Assembly: GCA_050945795.1 (NCBI GenBank) | Contig: JBMNTP010000003.1 | Location: 9,231 to 73,230, forward strand | Reading direction: 5' to 3' | Length of the DNA: 64,000 nucleotides | Source of the DNA: Christensenellales bacterium | GTDB taxonomy: Bacteria > Bacillota > Clostridia > Christensenellales > MGBC116941 | Part shown: piece after piece, positions 41,315 through 50,808 of the stretch | How positions within the stretch are numbered: the first letter of the stretch is position 1 | How the letters are laid out: every line of letters starts with the position of its first letter | Program-made: the position numbers and the translations under genes | Notes under the pieces: model-generated | Told to the model about the DNA's origin: nothing | Database searches by the model: none | What the model saw: the letters and a program-made list of their open reading frames with translations, nothing else

Positions 41315-42322
41315 ATGCCGTTATGGAAGGAAATCGGGCCGGATGAGGATATAGTTGTATCTTCAAGGATAAGACTGGCCAGGAATTTGTCCGGCATTAA
41401 TTTCCCGGGCATGATGACCGACTCTGATTGCGAAAAGGTAACTTCACTTATATGCGACTCAAAGCCGGAAGGTTTCGGACTTGTTAGGATGGGTCAAATA
41501 AGCGATATCGCCCGCTCGGCATTGGTGGAGGAGCATATAATAAGCCCTAATCTGGCTACCAGGAGCGAGGCGGCTCTTCTTATAAATGAGGATGAGACGC
41601 TGAGCGTTATGATAAACGAAGAGGACCATTTAAGGATTCAATGTCTGCTGCCGGGGATGCAGCTAGACAGGGCAATGGATTTGGCAAACGATTTGGACGA
41701 TAAGCTCAGCGAAAAGCTGAAATATGCTTATCATGCCGGTCTTGGCTATCTGACCTCGTGTCCTACAAATGTGGGTACCGGGCTTAGGGCATCGCTTATG
41801 CTGCATTTGCCGGCGCTTACAATGACGGGGCAGATGCCGGCGATTATAAAAGGCATATCCAAAACTGGAATGACAGTGCGTGGCATATACGGAGAGGGCA
41901 GCGAATGCGCTGGAGCTATGTACCAGATATCTAACCAGATAACGCTGGGACATTCCGAAAAGGAAATTGTAATGAGCATATCCGGCACCGCGAGCCGGGT
42001 AATGGATAAAGAAAGAAAAACGCGGCAGCTTATACTCGACAACGCAAGGATAAAGCTTGAGGACAAGGTTTTCCGTTCGTGTGGAATACTTAAAACAGCG
42101 AGGACGCTTGATTCAAAGGAAATGACAGAGCTTGTATCGAATGTTAAGCTGGGAGTTGCGGCGGGAATTGTAAGCGGCGTATCCCACTCTGAGTTGCATA
42201 ATCTGCTTATGGAGGCGCAGCCGGCGTTTATACAGCAGAAATCGGGCAGGGATATGACGGAGGAAGAAAGAGATATTAAGCGCGCCGAAATGGTGCGAAG
42301 CATAATGAAGGATGCCGAATAA
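41315..42322 (+). CDS. mcsB: protein arginine kinase McsB
   Basis: Phosphagen-kinase fold motifs: SSRIRLARN, NEEDHLRIQ and CPTNVGTGLRAS. Confidence 0.93.
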   Translation: MPLWKEIGPDEDIVVSSRIRLARNLSGINFPGMMTDSDCEKVTSLICDSKPEGFGLVRMGQISDIARSALVEEHIISPNLATRSEAALLINEDETLSVMINEEDHLRIQCLLPGMQLDRAMDLANDLDDKLSEKLKYAYHAGLGYLTSCPTNVGTGLRASLMLHLPALTMTGQMPAIIKGISKTGMTVRGIYGEGSECAGAMYQISNQITLGHSEKEIVMSISGTASRVMDKERKTRQLILDNARIKLEDKVFRSCGILKTARTLDSKEMTELVSNVKLGVAAGIVSGVSHSELHNLLMEAQPAFIQQKSGRDMTEEERDIKRAEMVRSIMKDAE

Positions 42323-42337
42323 GGCAGGAGGTGTGAT

Positions 42338-44764
42338 ATGGATATTCATGGAAGATTCACTGAAGGCGCCCGTAACGCGCTGAATCTGTCGCAGGAGGCG
42401 GCAAAAGAATTTGGACATAACTATGTTGGAACGGAGCATGTGCTGCTAGGTATAGTCGCGGAGGGCAAAAACGCCGCCGCAAGGCTGCTTTCGAGTCAAG
42501 GCATAGGAGTTAACAATGTCGCTAATATGGTTGAAAAGCTTATAGGCAAGGGAGAAAACAAGTATTCGGGCAATATCGGATACACTCCAAGAACCAAACG
42601 CGTTATAGAGGCAAGCCTTACAGAGGCGAAGAACCTTGGAAATAATTATGTTGGGGCAGAACATCTGCTACTCGCGCTTATATCCGAACGTGAAAGCGTG
42701 GCGGTTAGAGTGCTGGCCGATCTTGGCGTTGATATGATGGCTCTTGGTGAAATAATTAAAAAAGAAGCGGGGGCCAAAAACCGCGCCGCCGCCAACAGCT
42801 CTACGCCGACGCTTGACCAATACGGCAAGGACATAACAAAGGCGGCGCGCGAAGGCGAGCTTGATCCGGTTATAGGAAGGCAGCAGGAGATAGAGCGCAT
42901 TGTTCAGATACTCTCCCGCCGCACAAAGAACAATCCGGTGCTTATAGGTGAACCCGGCGTAGGTAAATCGGCGATAGCGGAAGGACTGGCGCAGAAGATT
43001 GTTGAAGGTAATATACCCGAGCTTTTGAAAGGAAAAAGGGTTGTTTCGCTTGATATGAGCTCCATACTTGCCGGAGCAAAATACCGTGGTGAGTTTGAGG
43101 AGCGTATGAAAACAGCGATAAACGAGCTTAAGGCGGACAAGAGCGTTATACTGTTTATCGACGAGCTGCATACGTTGGTAGGCGCGGGAGCGGCTGAAGG
43201 CGCGATTGACGCAGCGAACATATTAAAGCCGGCGCTTGCTAGAGGCGAAATTCAGGTTGTAGGCGCTACGACGCTTGACGAATACAGAAAGTATATTGAA
43301 AAGGACGCGGCGCTTGAAAGGCGGTTCCAGCCTGTTACGGTAGGGGAGCCGACAACCGACGAGGCTAAGGAAATACTTAGAGGGCTACGTGATAAATATG
43401 AGGCGCACCATAAAGTAAGGATAAGCGATGAGGCTATTGAGGCGGCTGTAATGCTTGCCGACAGGTATATAAGCGACAGATTCCTGCCCGACAAGGCGAT
43501 AGACCTTATGGATGAAGCGGCAAGTAAAGTGAGAATTAGCAGCTTTACCGCTCCGCCGGATCTTAAAGAGCTTGAAAACAAGCTTGAGAGGCTGCAAAAG
43601 GAAAAGGAAGAGGCGGTTAATCATCAGAACTTTGAAAAGGCGGCAGGCATAAGGGATGAGGAGCAGAAGTCGCTTAAAGAAATAGAAAGCATCAAGGAAG
43701 AGTGGAAAAACTCCAACAAGGAAAGGGAGCTTACTGTTGGCGAAGAGGAAATAGCGCAGATTGTATCAAGCTGGACGCGTGTACCTGTGGTTAAGCTGAC
43801 GGAGGACGAAAGCCAAAGACTGCTAAACCTTGAGGGAGAGCTGCGTAAGCGCGTTATAGGACAGCAGGAAGCGCTTAGTGCGGTATCAAGGGCTATAAGA
43901 CGGGCAAGAGCCGGCCTTAAAGACCCCAAGCGTCCGATAGGTTCGTTCATATTTCTCGGGCCGACCGGCGTAGGTAAAACTGAGCTTAGCAAGGCTTTGG
44001 CGCAGTCTATGTTCGGGGATGAGGACGCCATGATAAGGCTTGACATGTCCGAGTACATGGAGATGCATACTGTGGCAAAGCTTATAGGCTCACCGCCCGG
44101 ATATGTAGGATACGACGATGGCGGACAGCTTACCGAGAAGGTACGCCGTAAACCTTACAGCGTTGTACTGTTTGACGAAATTGAAAAAGCGCATCCTGAT
44201 GTGTTTAACATACTTCTCCAAATAATGGAGGACGGCAGATTGACGGACGGCAAGGGTCGAGTGGTCAATTTCCAGAACACCGTCATAATAATGACGAGTA
44301 ACGTCGGCGCCTCCTCTTTCCAAAGGCAAAGGAGCATGGGCTTCGGAGCGCAAACAGATGGAGCGTTGCCGTATGAGAGGTTCAAGCAGAATATGCTTGA
44401 CGAGCTTAAAAAGACATTCCGGCCCGAGTTCGTGAATAGAGTGGACGAAATAATCGTGTTCCACACTCTGGACAAAGAGGACACAAGGCAGATTGTCGAC
44501 CTTATGCTCGCCGACGTCGCCAAGCGGCTGAAGGATCAGGGCATAGAGCTTATCGTTGGGGATGAGGCGAAGGATTTTCTCGCAAGCGAAGGGTTTGATG
44601 AGATGTATGGCGCCAGACCGCTTAGGAGGGCGATACAGCAGAAGGTTGAAGACTCGCTGAGTGAAGAGTTGCTGGCTGGGCGTATAGCGCTGGGGGACAG
44701 CGTAGAGGCTTACATGAGTGAAGGCAAGCTTGCGTTTAGAAAAGCGGAAAAGGCGGAAGTATAA
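42338..44764 (+). CDS. clpC: ATP-dependent Clp protease ATP-binding subunit ClpC
   Basis: Clp_N repeats, two AAA+ modules (GEPGVGKSA; GPTGVGKTE) and a UVR linker motif. 808 aa. Confidence 0.96.
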   Translation: MDIHGRFTEGARNALNLSQEAAKEFGHNYVGTEHVLLGIVAEGKNAAARLLSSQGIGVNNVANMVEKLIGKGENKYSGNIGYTPRTKRVIEASLTEAKNLGNNYVGAEHLLLALISERESVAVRVLADLGVDMMALGEIIKKEAGAKNRAAANSSTPTLDQYGKDITKAAREGELDPVIGRQQEIERIVQILSRRTKNNPVLIGEPGVGKSAIAEGLAQKIVEGNIPELLKGKRVVSLDMSSILAGAKYRGEFEERMKTAINELKADKSVILFIDELHTLVGAGAAEGAIDAANILKPALARGEIQVVGATTLDEYRKYIEKDAALERRFQPVTVGEPTTDEAKEILRGLRDKYEAHHKVRISDEAIEAAVMLADRYISDRFLPDKAIDLMDEAASKVRISSFTAPPDLKELENKLERLQKEKEEAVNHQNFEKAAGIRDEEQKSLKEIESIKEEWKNSNKERELTVGEEEIAQIVSSWTRVPVVKLTEDESQRLLNLEGELRKRVIGQQEALSAVSRAIRRARAGLKDPKRPIGSFIFLGPTGVGKTELSKALAQSMFGDEDAMIRLDMSEYMEMHTVAKLIGSPPGYVGYDDGGQLTEKVRRKPYSVVLFDEIEKAHPDVFNILLQIMEDGRLTDGKGRVVNFQNTVIIMTSNVGASSFQRQRSMGFGAQTDGALPYERFKQNMLDELKKTFRPEFVNRVDEIIVFHTLDKEDTRQIVDLMLADVAKRLKDQGIELIVGDEAKDFLASEGFDEMYGARPLRRAIQQKVEDSLSEELLAGRIALGDSVEAYMSEGKLAFRKAEKAEV

Positions 44765-44774
44765 AAGCTATATA

Positions 44775-44802
44775 AAAGAGGCCGCGAAAGCGGCCTCTTT
44801 TT
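44775..44802 (+). terminator. intrinsic terminator after clpC
   Basis: AGAGGCCGC-gaaa-GCGGCCTCT stem followed by TTTTT. Confidence 0.9.
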
Positions 44803-44880
44803 GCGCCCAAAAACGCGCATCCGTCGCTCCTTGACACGCCCGCATTTTGAAGGGTAAAATTGACTTATACGGGGGGACAT

Positions 44881-45693
44881 ATGGATATAGGAATTTCGAC
44901 CGCCAGCTTTTTTGGGCGGCTTAATACTGAGGACGCACTTCAGGAGATAGGCAGGCTGGGCGTAAGAACTTGCGAGGTTTTTCTCGGCAGCCATAGTGAG
45001 TATACCGAAGACTTCGCTAAGCTTTTAGCTGATATCGCGGGTAAATACGGCGTAAGAATAAGCTCTGTGCATTCTCTTAGTACGCAATTCGAGCCGCAGC
45101 TGTTTTCTATAAACGACAGACAGGCGGCGGATGCGAGAGTGTTTTTGAAAAGAATATTCAAGGCGGCCGAGATTATGGGCGCCGGTATGTATGTGCATCA
45201 CGGGCCGACTATGCTTAAAAGAGTAAGTAAAAGGCCGCTTGATTATAAATGGCTGGCCAAAAGGGCATCTATGCTTGCTGATATGGCGGCGGATTATGGA
45301 GTCAAGTTCACTTGGGAAAATGTACAGTGGTGTCTTTATGGATTTCCCGGCTTTGCGCGGGAACTTAACTCTTGCCTGTCCACTAAAAACCTGTATTATA
45401 CTCTTGACCTTAAGCAGGCGGCGAGAAGCGGATATAACATAAGCGAATATGTAAAGGATATGGGGGAGCGCATGGTGAACCTCCATATATGCGATTATGT
45501 ATGCGGCAAAGAGGGTGCCGATTCTAAAATGCCGGGCGAAGGGCAATGCGATTTTAACTTGCTAAAAAGAGAGCTTGACGCGGTGGGGTATAATGGCCCC
45601 GCAATACTTGAAGTATATATTCAAGACTATAATGACAGCTCCGACCTGCTGTATGGCGTTGATTTTCTAAACTCGGTTTTCAATAAAGATTAA
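44881..45693 (+). CDS. sugar phosphate isomerase/epimerase family protein (xylose isomerase-like TIM barrel)
   Basis: Has the family's general pattern (MDIGISTASF..., ...VHHGP..., ...WENV..., ...HICD, ...ILEV). Substrate unknown. ATG at 44881 follows GGGGGG. Confidence 0.65.
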   Translation: MDIGISTASFFGRLNTEDALQEIGRLGVRTCEVFLGSHSEYTEDFAKLLADIAGKYGVRISSVHSLSTQFEPQLFSINDRQAADARVFLKRIFKAAEIMGAGMYVHHGPTMLKRVSKRPLDYKWLAKRASMLADMAADYGVKFTWENVQWCLYGFPGFARELNSCLSTKNLYYTLDLKQAARSGYNISEYVKDMGERMVNLHICDYVCGKEGADSKMPGEGQCDFNLLKRELDAVGYNGPAILEVYIQDYNDSSDLLYGVDFLNSVFNKD

Positions 45694-46199
45694 TCTTTGC
45701 TATATTTTTCTATTAGCGCGTTCACCCATTGCTTATGAGGCGCTTCAACTATTGTAAAAGGCATGGCACTGGGCGCGTCTTTTTCGGTAAACAGCAGTAT
45801 TTGTGGGCCTTGTCGCAGCTGCCCGGGAAATACCATGGCATGGAACAGCGCGTAGGGCAGATAGCCGTCCATAAATATAATCATGTTAATTTCGCCCCAC
45901 GGCTGCGCTACTGCTTTATCAAAACGAGAATCCCTTATCACAGGAACCGTTATTACACCGGTATACCCATCCTTGGCGGTAAAATACTCTTCGCCGGTTT
46001 CTATAATAACAACCCTCGCCCCTTCAAGCGGCGTCAGCGTTTTTCCATCCACTACCTGCACATTTACAGTTGCCGATTCCGATGCGCTGCCGGATACCGG
46101 TATGCTTATACCGCCGAAGGAAAATACGCCAAGAGCGGCGGAGATAAGCAGCAACGCCGCCACTATGACGGGAAGTATTGGCGATTTAAATATTTTCAT
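45690..46199 (-). CDS. hypothetical exported/membrane-anchored protein
   Basis: GGAG lies 8 nt upstream of the ATG at 46199. N-terminal signal/anchor helix (ILPVIVAALLLISAALGVF). The beta-rich segment VQVVDGKTLTPLEGARVVIIETGEEYFTAKDGY resembles carboxypeptidase-regulatory/Ig-like folds. Confidence 0.55.
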   Translation of the reverse strand: MKIFKSPILPVIVAALLLISAALGVFSFGGISIPVSGSASESATVNVQVVDGKTLTPLEGARVVIIETGEEYFTAKDGYTGVITVPVIRDSRFDKAVAQPWGEINMIIFMDGYLPYALFHAMVFPGQLRQGPQILLFTEKDAPSAMPFTIVEAPHKQWVNALIEKYSKD

Positions 46200-46335
46200 A
46201 ATTCATCTCCGAAAAAATGTGTTTGTAATATTTATGCCGCCACCGCTATATAAATACGCACCGTTGCCAAAGCCGCGACTGTGATATATCATTTATATAA
46301 GATAACAGGAAAAATATGTCGGGGGGTATGCTTAT

Positions 46336-47739
46336 ATGAATATTAATTATTTAGGTATGCGACTGGATTTCAACAATATGATGGAACACACGCTAGGAGA
46401 GCGCGGCATTAAGGAGGCGGAACTCGCCCAGATTCAACCTCTGCTTGAAAAGGCGGCGCAGGCCATGAAGGCTAAACGCCATCAAATGAAATGGCGGGAA
46501 CTGCCGCATAATCAAAGCGAAATAGCAAAGGAAATTATAAATACTGCCGAAGATGTAAGGGCAAAGTTTGATAATTTCGTGGTGCTTGGGATAGGCGGCT
46601 CGGCATTAGGGCCGATAGCCGTGCATCAGGCGCTCAGGCATATGCGCTATAATGAGCTTGATAAAGAACGGCGCGGCGGCCCCAAGCTATACGTTGAGGA
46701 CAATGTAGATCCCGAGCGCATGCGCGCGCTGCTTGATGTGATAGATGTTAAGAAGACCTGCTTTAATGTTATAACAAAATCCGGCAGCACATCTGAAACT
46801 ATGGCTCAATACCTCATAATTTCGGATATAGTTAAAAAAGAGGTGGGCGAAGAATGGCAAGATCATTTTATAGCCACAACGGACAGAGAGAAAGGCAATC
46901 TCATTAAAATAGCGCGCGAAGAAGGGTTTAAAACTTTTTTTGTGCCGGATGGCGTGGGCGGACGCTTCAGCGAGCTTTGTCCGGTAGGATTGCTGGCGGC
47001 GGCGGTGTGCGGTATAGATATTGAAGAGCTGCTTAGGGGCGCCGCCGATATGGACGCCGCCTGTGAAGAGCCGGATATATGGAAAAATGCTGCGTATATG
47101 GGGGCGGCGCTGCAATATTTGGCTATTGAAAAGGGAATGAATATATCCGTTATGATGCCGTACGCCGATTCGCTAAAATACATGGCGGACTGGTACGCTC
47201 AGCTATGGGCGGAATCGCTCGGCAAAAGATACGCGCTGGACGGCACGGAAGTGTTTACAGGTCAAACGCCTGTTAAGGCGCTAGGCGTCACCGACCAGCA
47301 CAGTCAGGTTCAGCTTTACACAGAAGGGCCGTTTGATAAGGTGGTAACGCTGCTGGCGCCCGAAGAATACCGCGAGGTTTTTCCGATACCGCACGGCTGT
47401 GAGGATATACCCGATGTATCATTCCTTGGCGGGCATACGCTTAACGAGCTTATTAAAAGCGAAAGAGAGGCGACGGAATACGCGCTGCTTAAGGCGGGGC
47501 GCATGAATATGACTATAACGCTGCCGCGCGTAGATGAATACAGCATAGGCGGTCTTATTTACTACTTCGAGGTGCAAACGGCTTTTATAGGCGAGCTGCT
47601 CGGCATAGATGCGTTTGACCAGCCCGGAGTTGAGGAAGGCAAAAACGCTACTTACGCGCTGCTTGGAAAGCCCGGATTTGAACAAAAAAAGGCCGAGCTT
47701 GACGCCCGGCCGATAAAGAAGCAGGAGTATATTATTTAA
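46336..47739 (+). CDS. pgi: glucose-6-phosphate isomerase
   Basis: FVVLGIGGSALGP, KSGSTSET and GGRFS PGI signatures, plus a C-terminal DQPGVE motif. Confidence 0.9.
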   Translation: MNINYLGMRLDFNNMMEHTLGERGIKEAELAQIQPLLEKAAQAMKAKRHQMKWRELPHNQSEIAKEIINTAEDVRAKFDNFVVLGIGGSALGPIAVHQALRHMRYNELDKERRGGPKLYVEDNVDPERMRALLDVIDVKKTCFNVITKSGSTSETMAQYLIISDIVKKEVGEEWQDHFIATTDREKGNLIKIAREEGFKTFFVPDGVGGRFSELCPVGLLAAAVCGIDIEELLRGAADMDAACEEPDIWKNAAYMGAALQYLAIEKGMNISVMMPYADSLKYMADWYAQLWAESLGKRYALDGTEVFTGQTPVKALGVTDQHSQVQLYTEGPFDKVVTLLAPEEYREVFPIPHGCEDIPDVSFLGGHTLNELIKSEREATEYALLKAGRMNMTITLPRVDEYSIGGLIYYFEVQTAFIGELLGIDAFDQPGVEEGKNATYALLGKPGFEQKKAELDARPIKKQEYII

Positions 47740-48394
47740 TCGCTGCTGACGCCTTTATATTATTGAACATGTTTTTTATAGCCGGTATAAGCGCTATAAC
47801 TACGCATATAGCTAGGTCGGGAATAAATACCGTAAGGTTATATACGGTAGAGTAAACTACTACCGACTGCCCTTCGGGAGCATATTCGGCGAAAAAGAGT
47901 ATTCCCGATAATATGTGCATGAATATACGGGCAAACCCGCCGACGATAACGCCGGGAATTAGATTCTTGCGGAAGAATCCGGCCAAGCCTATTAGCCCGA
48001 AGGCAAGTGGATAGTCAAGCAGCAGTTGAACGGGATGCACTACAAAAAGGTCTTGGAGTAGCTGCAAAAAGCCGTAAGCCACGCCGCATATAAGTCCCGG
48101 TACCGGTCCGAATATGTACGCATACGCCATTATCGGCAGCATACTGGCGGGAGTCAGCGAGCCGCCTTGCGGCATCCTGTAAAGCCGTATGAAGGACAGC
48201 ACAAAAGCTATCGCTATGCACATCGCCCCGTATACCAGCATTTTGGTTGTAATGGCGGGGGCGGCGCCGACCGTTTTGCGGCGGCTGAAATACAATATCG
48301 CGCCTACGGCCAGTACAGCCAATACTATAAGCGATATAAGGGCGGGCGTCGACATACCGAGAAACTCCGAGAATATGGTTTTTTGTTCTTCCAT
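47732..48394 (-). CDS. thiT: ECF transporter S component for thiamine (ThiT/YuaJ family)
   Basis: MPQGGS, HPVQLLLDYPLAFG and SG.LFFAEYAP.G...VYS.VYN motifs match B. subtilis YuaJ. Preceded by a TPP riboswitch. ATG at 48394 follows AAAGGGG; the track extension to 48490 overlaps the riboswitch terminator. Confidence 0.85.
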   Translation of the reverse strand: MEEQKTIFSEFLGMSTPALISLIVLAVLAVGAILYFSRRKTVGAAPAITTKMLVYGAMCIAIAFVLSFIRLYRMPQGGSLTPASMLPIMAYAYIFGPVPGLICGVAYGFLQLLQDLFVVHPVQLLLDYPLAFGLIGLAGFFRKNLIPGVIVGGFARIFMHILSGILFFAEYAPEGQSVVVYSTVYNLTVFIPDLAICVVIALIPAIKNMFNNIKASAAIK

Positions 48395-48438
48395 GGTTGA
48401 ACCCCTTTCTTGTCCGCGGGGGAAAACTGTGTTGGAAA

Positions 48439-48479
48439 TGAAAAACCTCGTCGCCCAATACAATATGGGCAAAACGAGG
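48439..48479 (-). terminator. expression-platform terminator of the TPP riboswitch
   Basis: On the minus strand: CCTCGT-TTT-GCCCA ... TGGGC-G-ACGAGG hairpin followed by TTTTTCATTT. It lies between the aptamer and the thiT RBS. Confidence 0.7.
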
Positions 48480-48510
48480 AAAAGCGTCAAAGGACTAGCC
48501 TTTGAAGTGA

Positions 48511-48590
48511 CCGCTTTCCTACGTTAGGATTATCTACACAGGTTCCAAGGGTTGGCGATGCGCCATCTCAGCAAAAGCACCCCTAGCGGC
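48511..48590 (-). promoter_or_regulatory. TPP (THI-box) riboswitch aptamer
   Basis: Minus strand reads GCCGCUAGGGGUGC...CUGAGA...ACCCUUGGAACCUGUGUAGAUAAUCCUAACGUAGGAAAGCGG. This carries the conserved GGGGUGC, CUGAGA and ACCC..GAACCUG...AUAAU...ACGUAGGAA blocks and a closing P1 helix (CCGCU/AGCGG). Confidence 0.88.
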
Positions 48591-48667
48591 AAATATATTC
48601 TTATTTGCCATCATTATACCACAGGCGAGCTTGTTGTCAAGTGAGTCTATATTACTAAGGAGGAAAC

Positions 48668-49246
48668 ATGAGTCATTTCTTTGCATATATGTCGCGTATG
48701 AAGTATATAAGCCGGTGGGGGCTTATGAGAAACACAATGAGCGAAAACATACAGGAGCACAGCCTGCAGGCGGCAATGATAGCGCACAGCCTGGCGATAA
48801 TAAAAAACCGGGTATTCGGCGGCAATGTAAACGCCGACAGGATAGCGGCTATGGCGCTGTATCATGAGGTTGGGGAGGTTATAACAGGAGATCTCGCAAC
48901 GCCTATAAAATACTTTAACCCCGAAATAAAGGCGGCTTATAAAGCGATAGAAAAAATTGCCGAGAAAAAAATATTTGAGATGCTGCCGGATGAGATAAAA
49001 GAAGATATGCGGCCGTTTTTAGTATCGCCGGAGCAGGATAAAGAAAGCTGGAGCATTATCAAGGCGGCGGACAGAATATGCGCTTACCTAAAATGTCTTG
49101 AGGAACTTAAAGCCGGCAACGGCGAGTTTGAAAAGGCGCGGGCGTCTATACTTGAAAGCATAATTGCGCTTCATATGCCGGAAGTTGAGTGGTGGCTCGA
49201 TAAATTTTCGGATAGTTTTTCGCTGTCTTTAGATGAGCTAAATTAG
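48668..49246 (+). CDS. yfbR: 5'-deoxynucleotidase, YfbR-like HD-domain protein
   Basis: Near-colinear similarity to E. coli YfbR as I recall it (RWGLMRNT..ENIQEHSLQ.AM.AH.LA.IKN..FGGNVNA.RIA..A.YH...EV.TGDL.TP.KYFN ... ICAYLKCLEEL.AGN.EF). Confidence 0.85.
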   Translation: MSHFFAYMSRMKYISRWGLMRNTMSENIQEHSLQAAMIAHSLAIIKNRVFGGNVNADRIAAMALYHEVGEVITGDLATPIKYFNPEIKAAYKAIEKIAEKKIFEMLPDEIKEDMRPFLVSPEQDKESWSIIKAADRICAYLKCLEELKAGNGEFEKARASILESIIALHMPEVEWWLDKFSDSFSLSLDELN

Positions 49247-49263
49247 CATTTTTAGCCGCAATA

Positions 49264-49288
49264 TAAAAAACGCCGAAAGGCGTTTTTG
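49264..49288. terminator. bidirectional intrinsic terminator between the convergent yfbR-like and GNAT genes
   Basis: AAAAAACGCC-gaaa-GGCGTTTTT: a GC stem flanked by an A-run and a T-run. Confidence 0.8.
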
Positions 49289-49318
49289 CTATATGTTATA
49301 AAAGAAAATATAAACCCA

Positions 49319-49837
49319 TCATTCTTTTGAGGCAAGTGTCAACCGGTAGTCTATGTTTGGCTCTCTTTGCAACTCGCATATCAGTAGCGCCCGTATATAC
49401 CCCCGATGCGTAGATGTTGAGTGTATGAAAAAGCCTTGCCCGTAATAAAAGCGTATAAGACTGGCCATGCGTGACGATGTATGGAGTGCTACCGAGCAAA
49501 GTGATAGAGCGGAGCTTTCTTCTTTTACCGCCTTTACCAGCGCGCGACCCATACCGCAGCCCTGCGCTATAAGCTTTACGCCGAATCGGCTTATATATGA
49601 AACGCCGTTTATTATCTCAAACCGTATGGAGCCAACAGGCGTACCGTTTAAAAAGCCTATATAAACATATTTAGTATTTATATCGCTTATAATATCGTCC
49701 TTTTTTTCATAAAGGGCGCATACCGTTTCGCGGCTACCAAGATCAAGGGCGTATTTCTCAAACGCTTCCGCCGTTATATCGGCTATGGCATTGGCGTCGG
49801 CTTCAACAGCCCTTCTGATTTGAACTCTATGCTTCAT
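49319..49837 (-). CDS. GNAT family N-acetyltransferase, last gene of the arg operon
   Basis: Acetyl-CoA motif QGCGMGRALV. ATG at 49837 overlaps the argF stop by 11 nt. The track start at 49903 lies inside argF. Confidence 0.75.
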   Translation of the reverse strand: MKHRVQIRRAVEADANAIADITAEAFEKYALDLGSRETVCALYEKKDDIISDINTKYVYIGFLNGTPVGSIRFEIINGVSYISRFGVKLIAQGCGMGRALVKAVKEESSALSLCSVALHTSSRMASLIRFYYGQGFFIHSTSTHRGYIRALLICELQREPNIDYRLTLASKE

Positions 49838-50798
49838 ATAAACCTCCGATAAGCAGCGCCATAACTGCCTTTTGCGCATGCAGACGATTTTCCGCCTCGT
49901 CAAATACCACCGATTGAGGGCCGTCTATTACTCCCGCTGTTACCTCCTCGCCGCGATGGGCGGGCAGGCAATGGAGGAATATAGCGTCAGGCTTAGCGAG
50001 AGAGAACAGCTTTTCGTTAACCTGATACGGTAAGAACAACGCTGCTTTCTTCTCGTCCGGCGCAGCCTGACCCATGCTCGACCATACATCGGTATACACA
50101 GCATCCGCATCCTTTATGGCGGCATTGGCGTCCTGCGTTATGATTATTTCAGAGCCGGATGCTGCGGCGTTGCCGTATGCCGATGCTGTTATATCACTGT
50201 TAGGGAGATAGCCTTTAGGGCAGCCGATAGCTATATCTATACCAAGTTTTGAGCATATTATAAGCAACGAATTGGCAACATTGTTGCCGTCGCCTAAATA
50301 ACAAAGCTTAAGGCCATTGAGCGTATGCTTATGCTCGTATATCGTCATAATGTCCGCCAGCGCCTGACAGGGATGGAGAAGGTCTGAAAGTCCGTTTATA
50401 ACGGGTATGCTGCCGTATTTGGCAAGGTCATCTATATCGCTTTGCGCGAATGTGCGTATCATTATGCCATCGACCATGCGGGACAGCACTTTGGCTGTAT
50501 CGGCAATAGATTCGCCGCGCCCTAGCTGTATATCGTTTGAGCTTAAAAACAAGGCGTGACCGCCGAGCTGAAACATGCCGGATTCAAAGCTGACGCGGGT
50601 GCGGGTGGAGGATTTTGTGAATATCATGGCCAGCGTTTTGCCTTCAAGCGGACGGTAAATTTTGCCTTCTTGGCGCATCTTTTTAAGGCGCAGCGCGAGG
50701 CTTAGCACCTGAAGTATTTCGTGCTTTGAGTAATCTTGCAGCCGCAGCAAATGTTTTTGAGAAAAGGCGGGGCCTTCGTTATATTCTAAAAGATTCAT
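49827..50798 (-). CDS. argF: ornithine carbamoyltransferase
   Basis: STRTRVSFE, HPCQALAD, DVWSSMG and HCLPAHRGEE motifs identify a canonical OTCase. Confidence 0.94.
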   Translation of the reverse strand: MNLLEYNEGPAFSQKHLLRLQDYSKHEILQVLSLALRLKKMRQEGKIYRPLEGKTLAMIFTKSSTRTRVSFESGMFQLGGHALFLSSNDIQLGRGESIADTAKVLSRMVDGIMIRTFAQSDIDDLAKYGSIPVINGLSDLLHPCQALADIMTIYEHKHTLNGLKLCYLGDGNNVANSLLIICSKLGIDIAIGCPKGYLPNSDITASAYGNAAASGSEIIITQDANAAIKDADAVYTDVWSSMGQAAPDEKKAALFLPYQVNEKLFSLAKPDAIFLHCLPAHRGEEVTAGVIDGPQSVVFDEAENRLHAQKAVMALLIGGLYEA

Positions 50799-50808
50799 AA
50801 TTCCTCCG

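Noticed and set aside
45729-46284. 174-aa and 133-aa + strand ORFs opposite the hypothetical gene 45690-46199
   Set aside because: The minus-strand frame has a GGAG RBS, a signal/anchor helix and sensible composition. The + frames are Arg/Tyr-rich and lack start signals.
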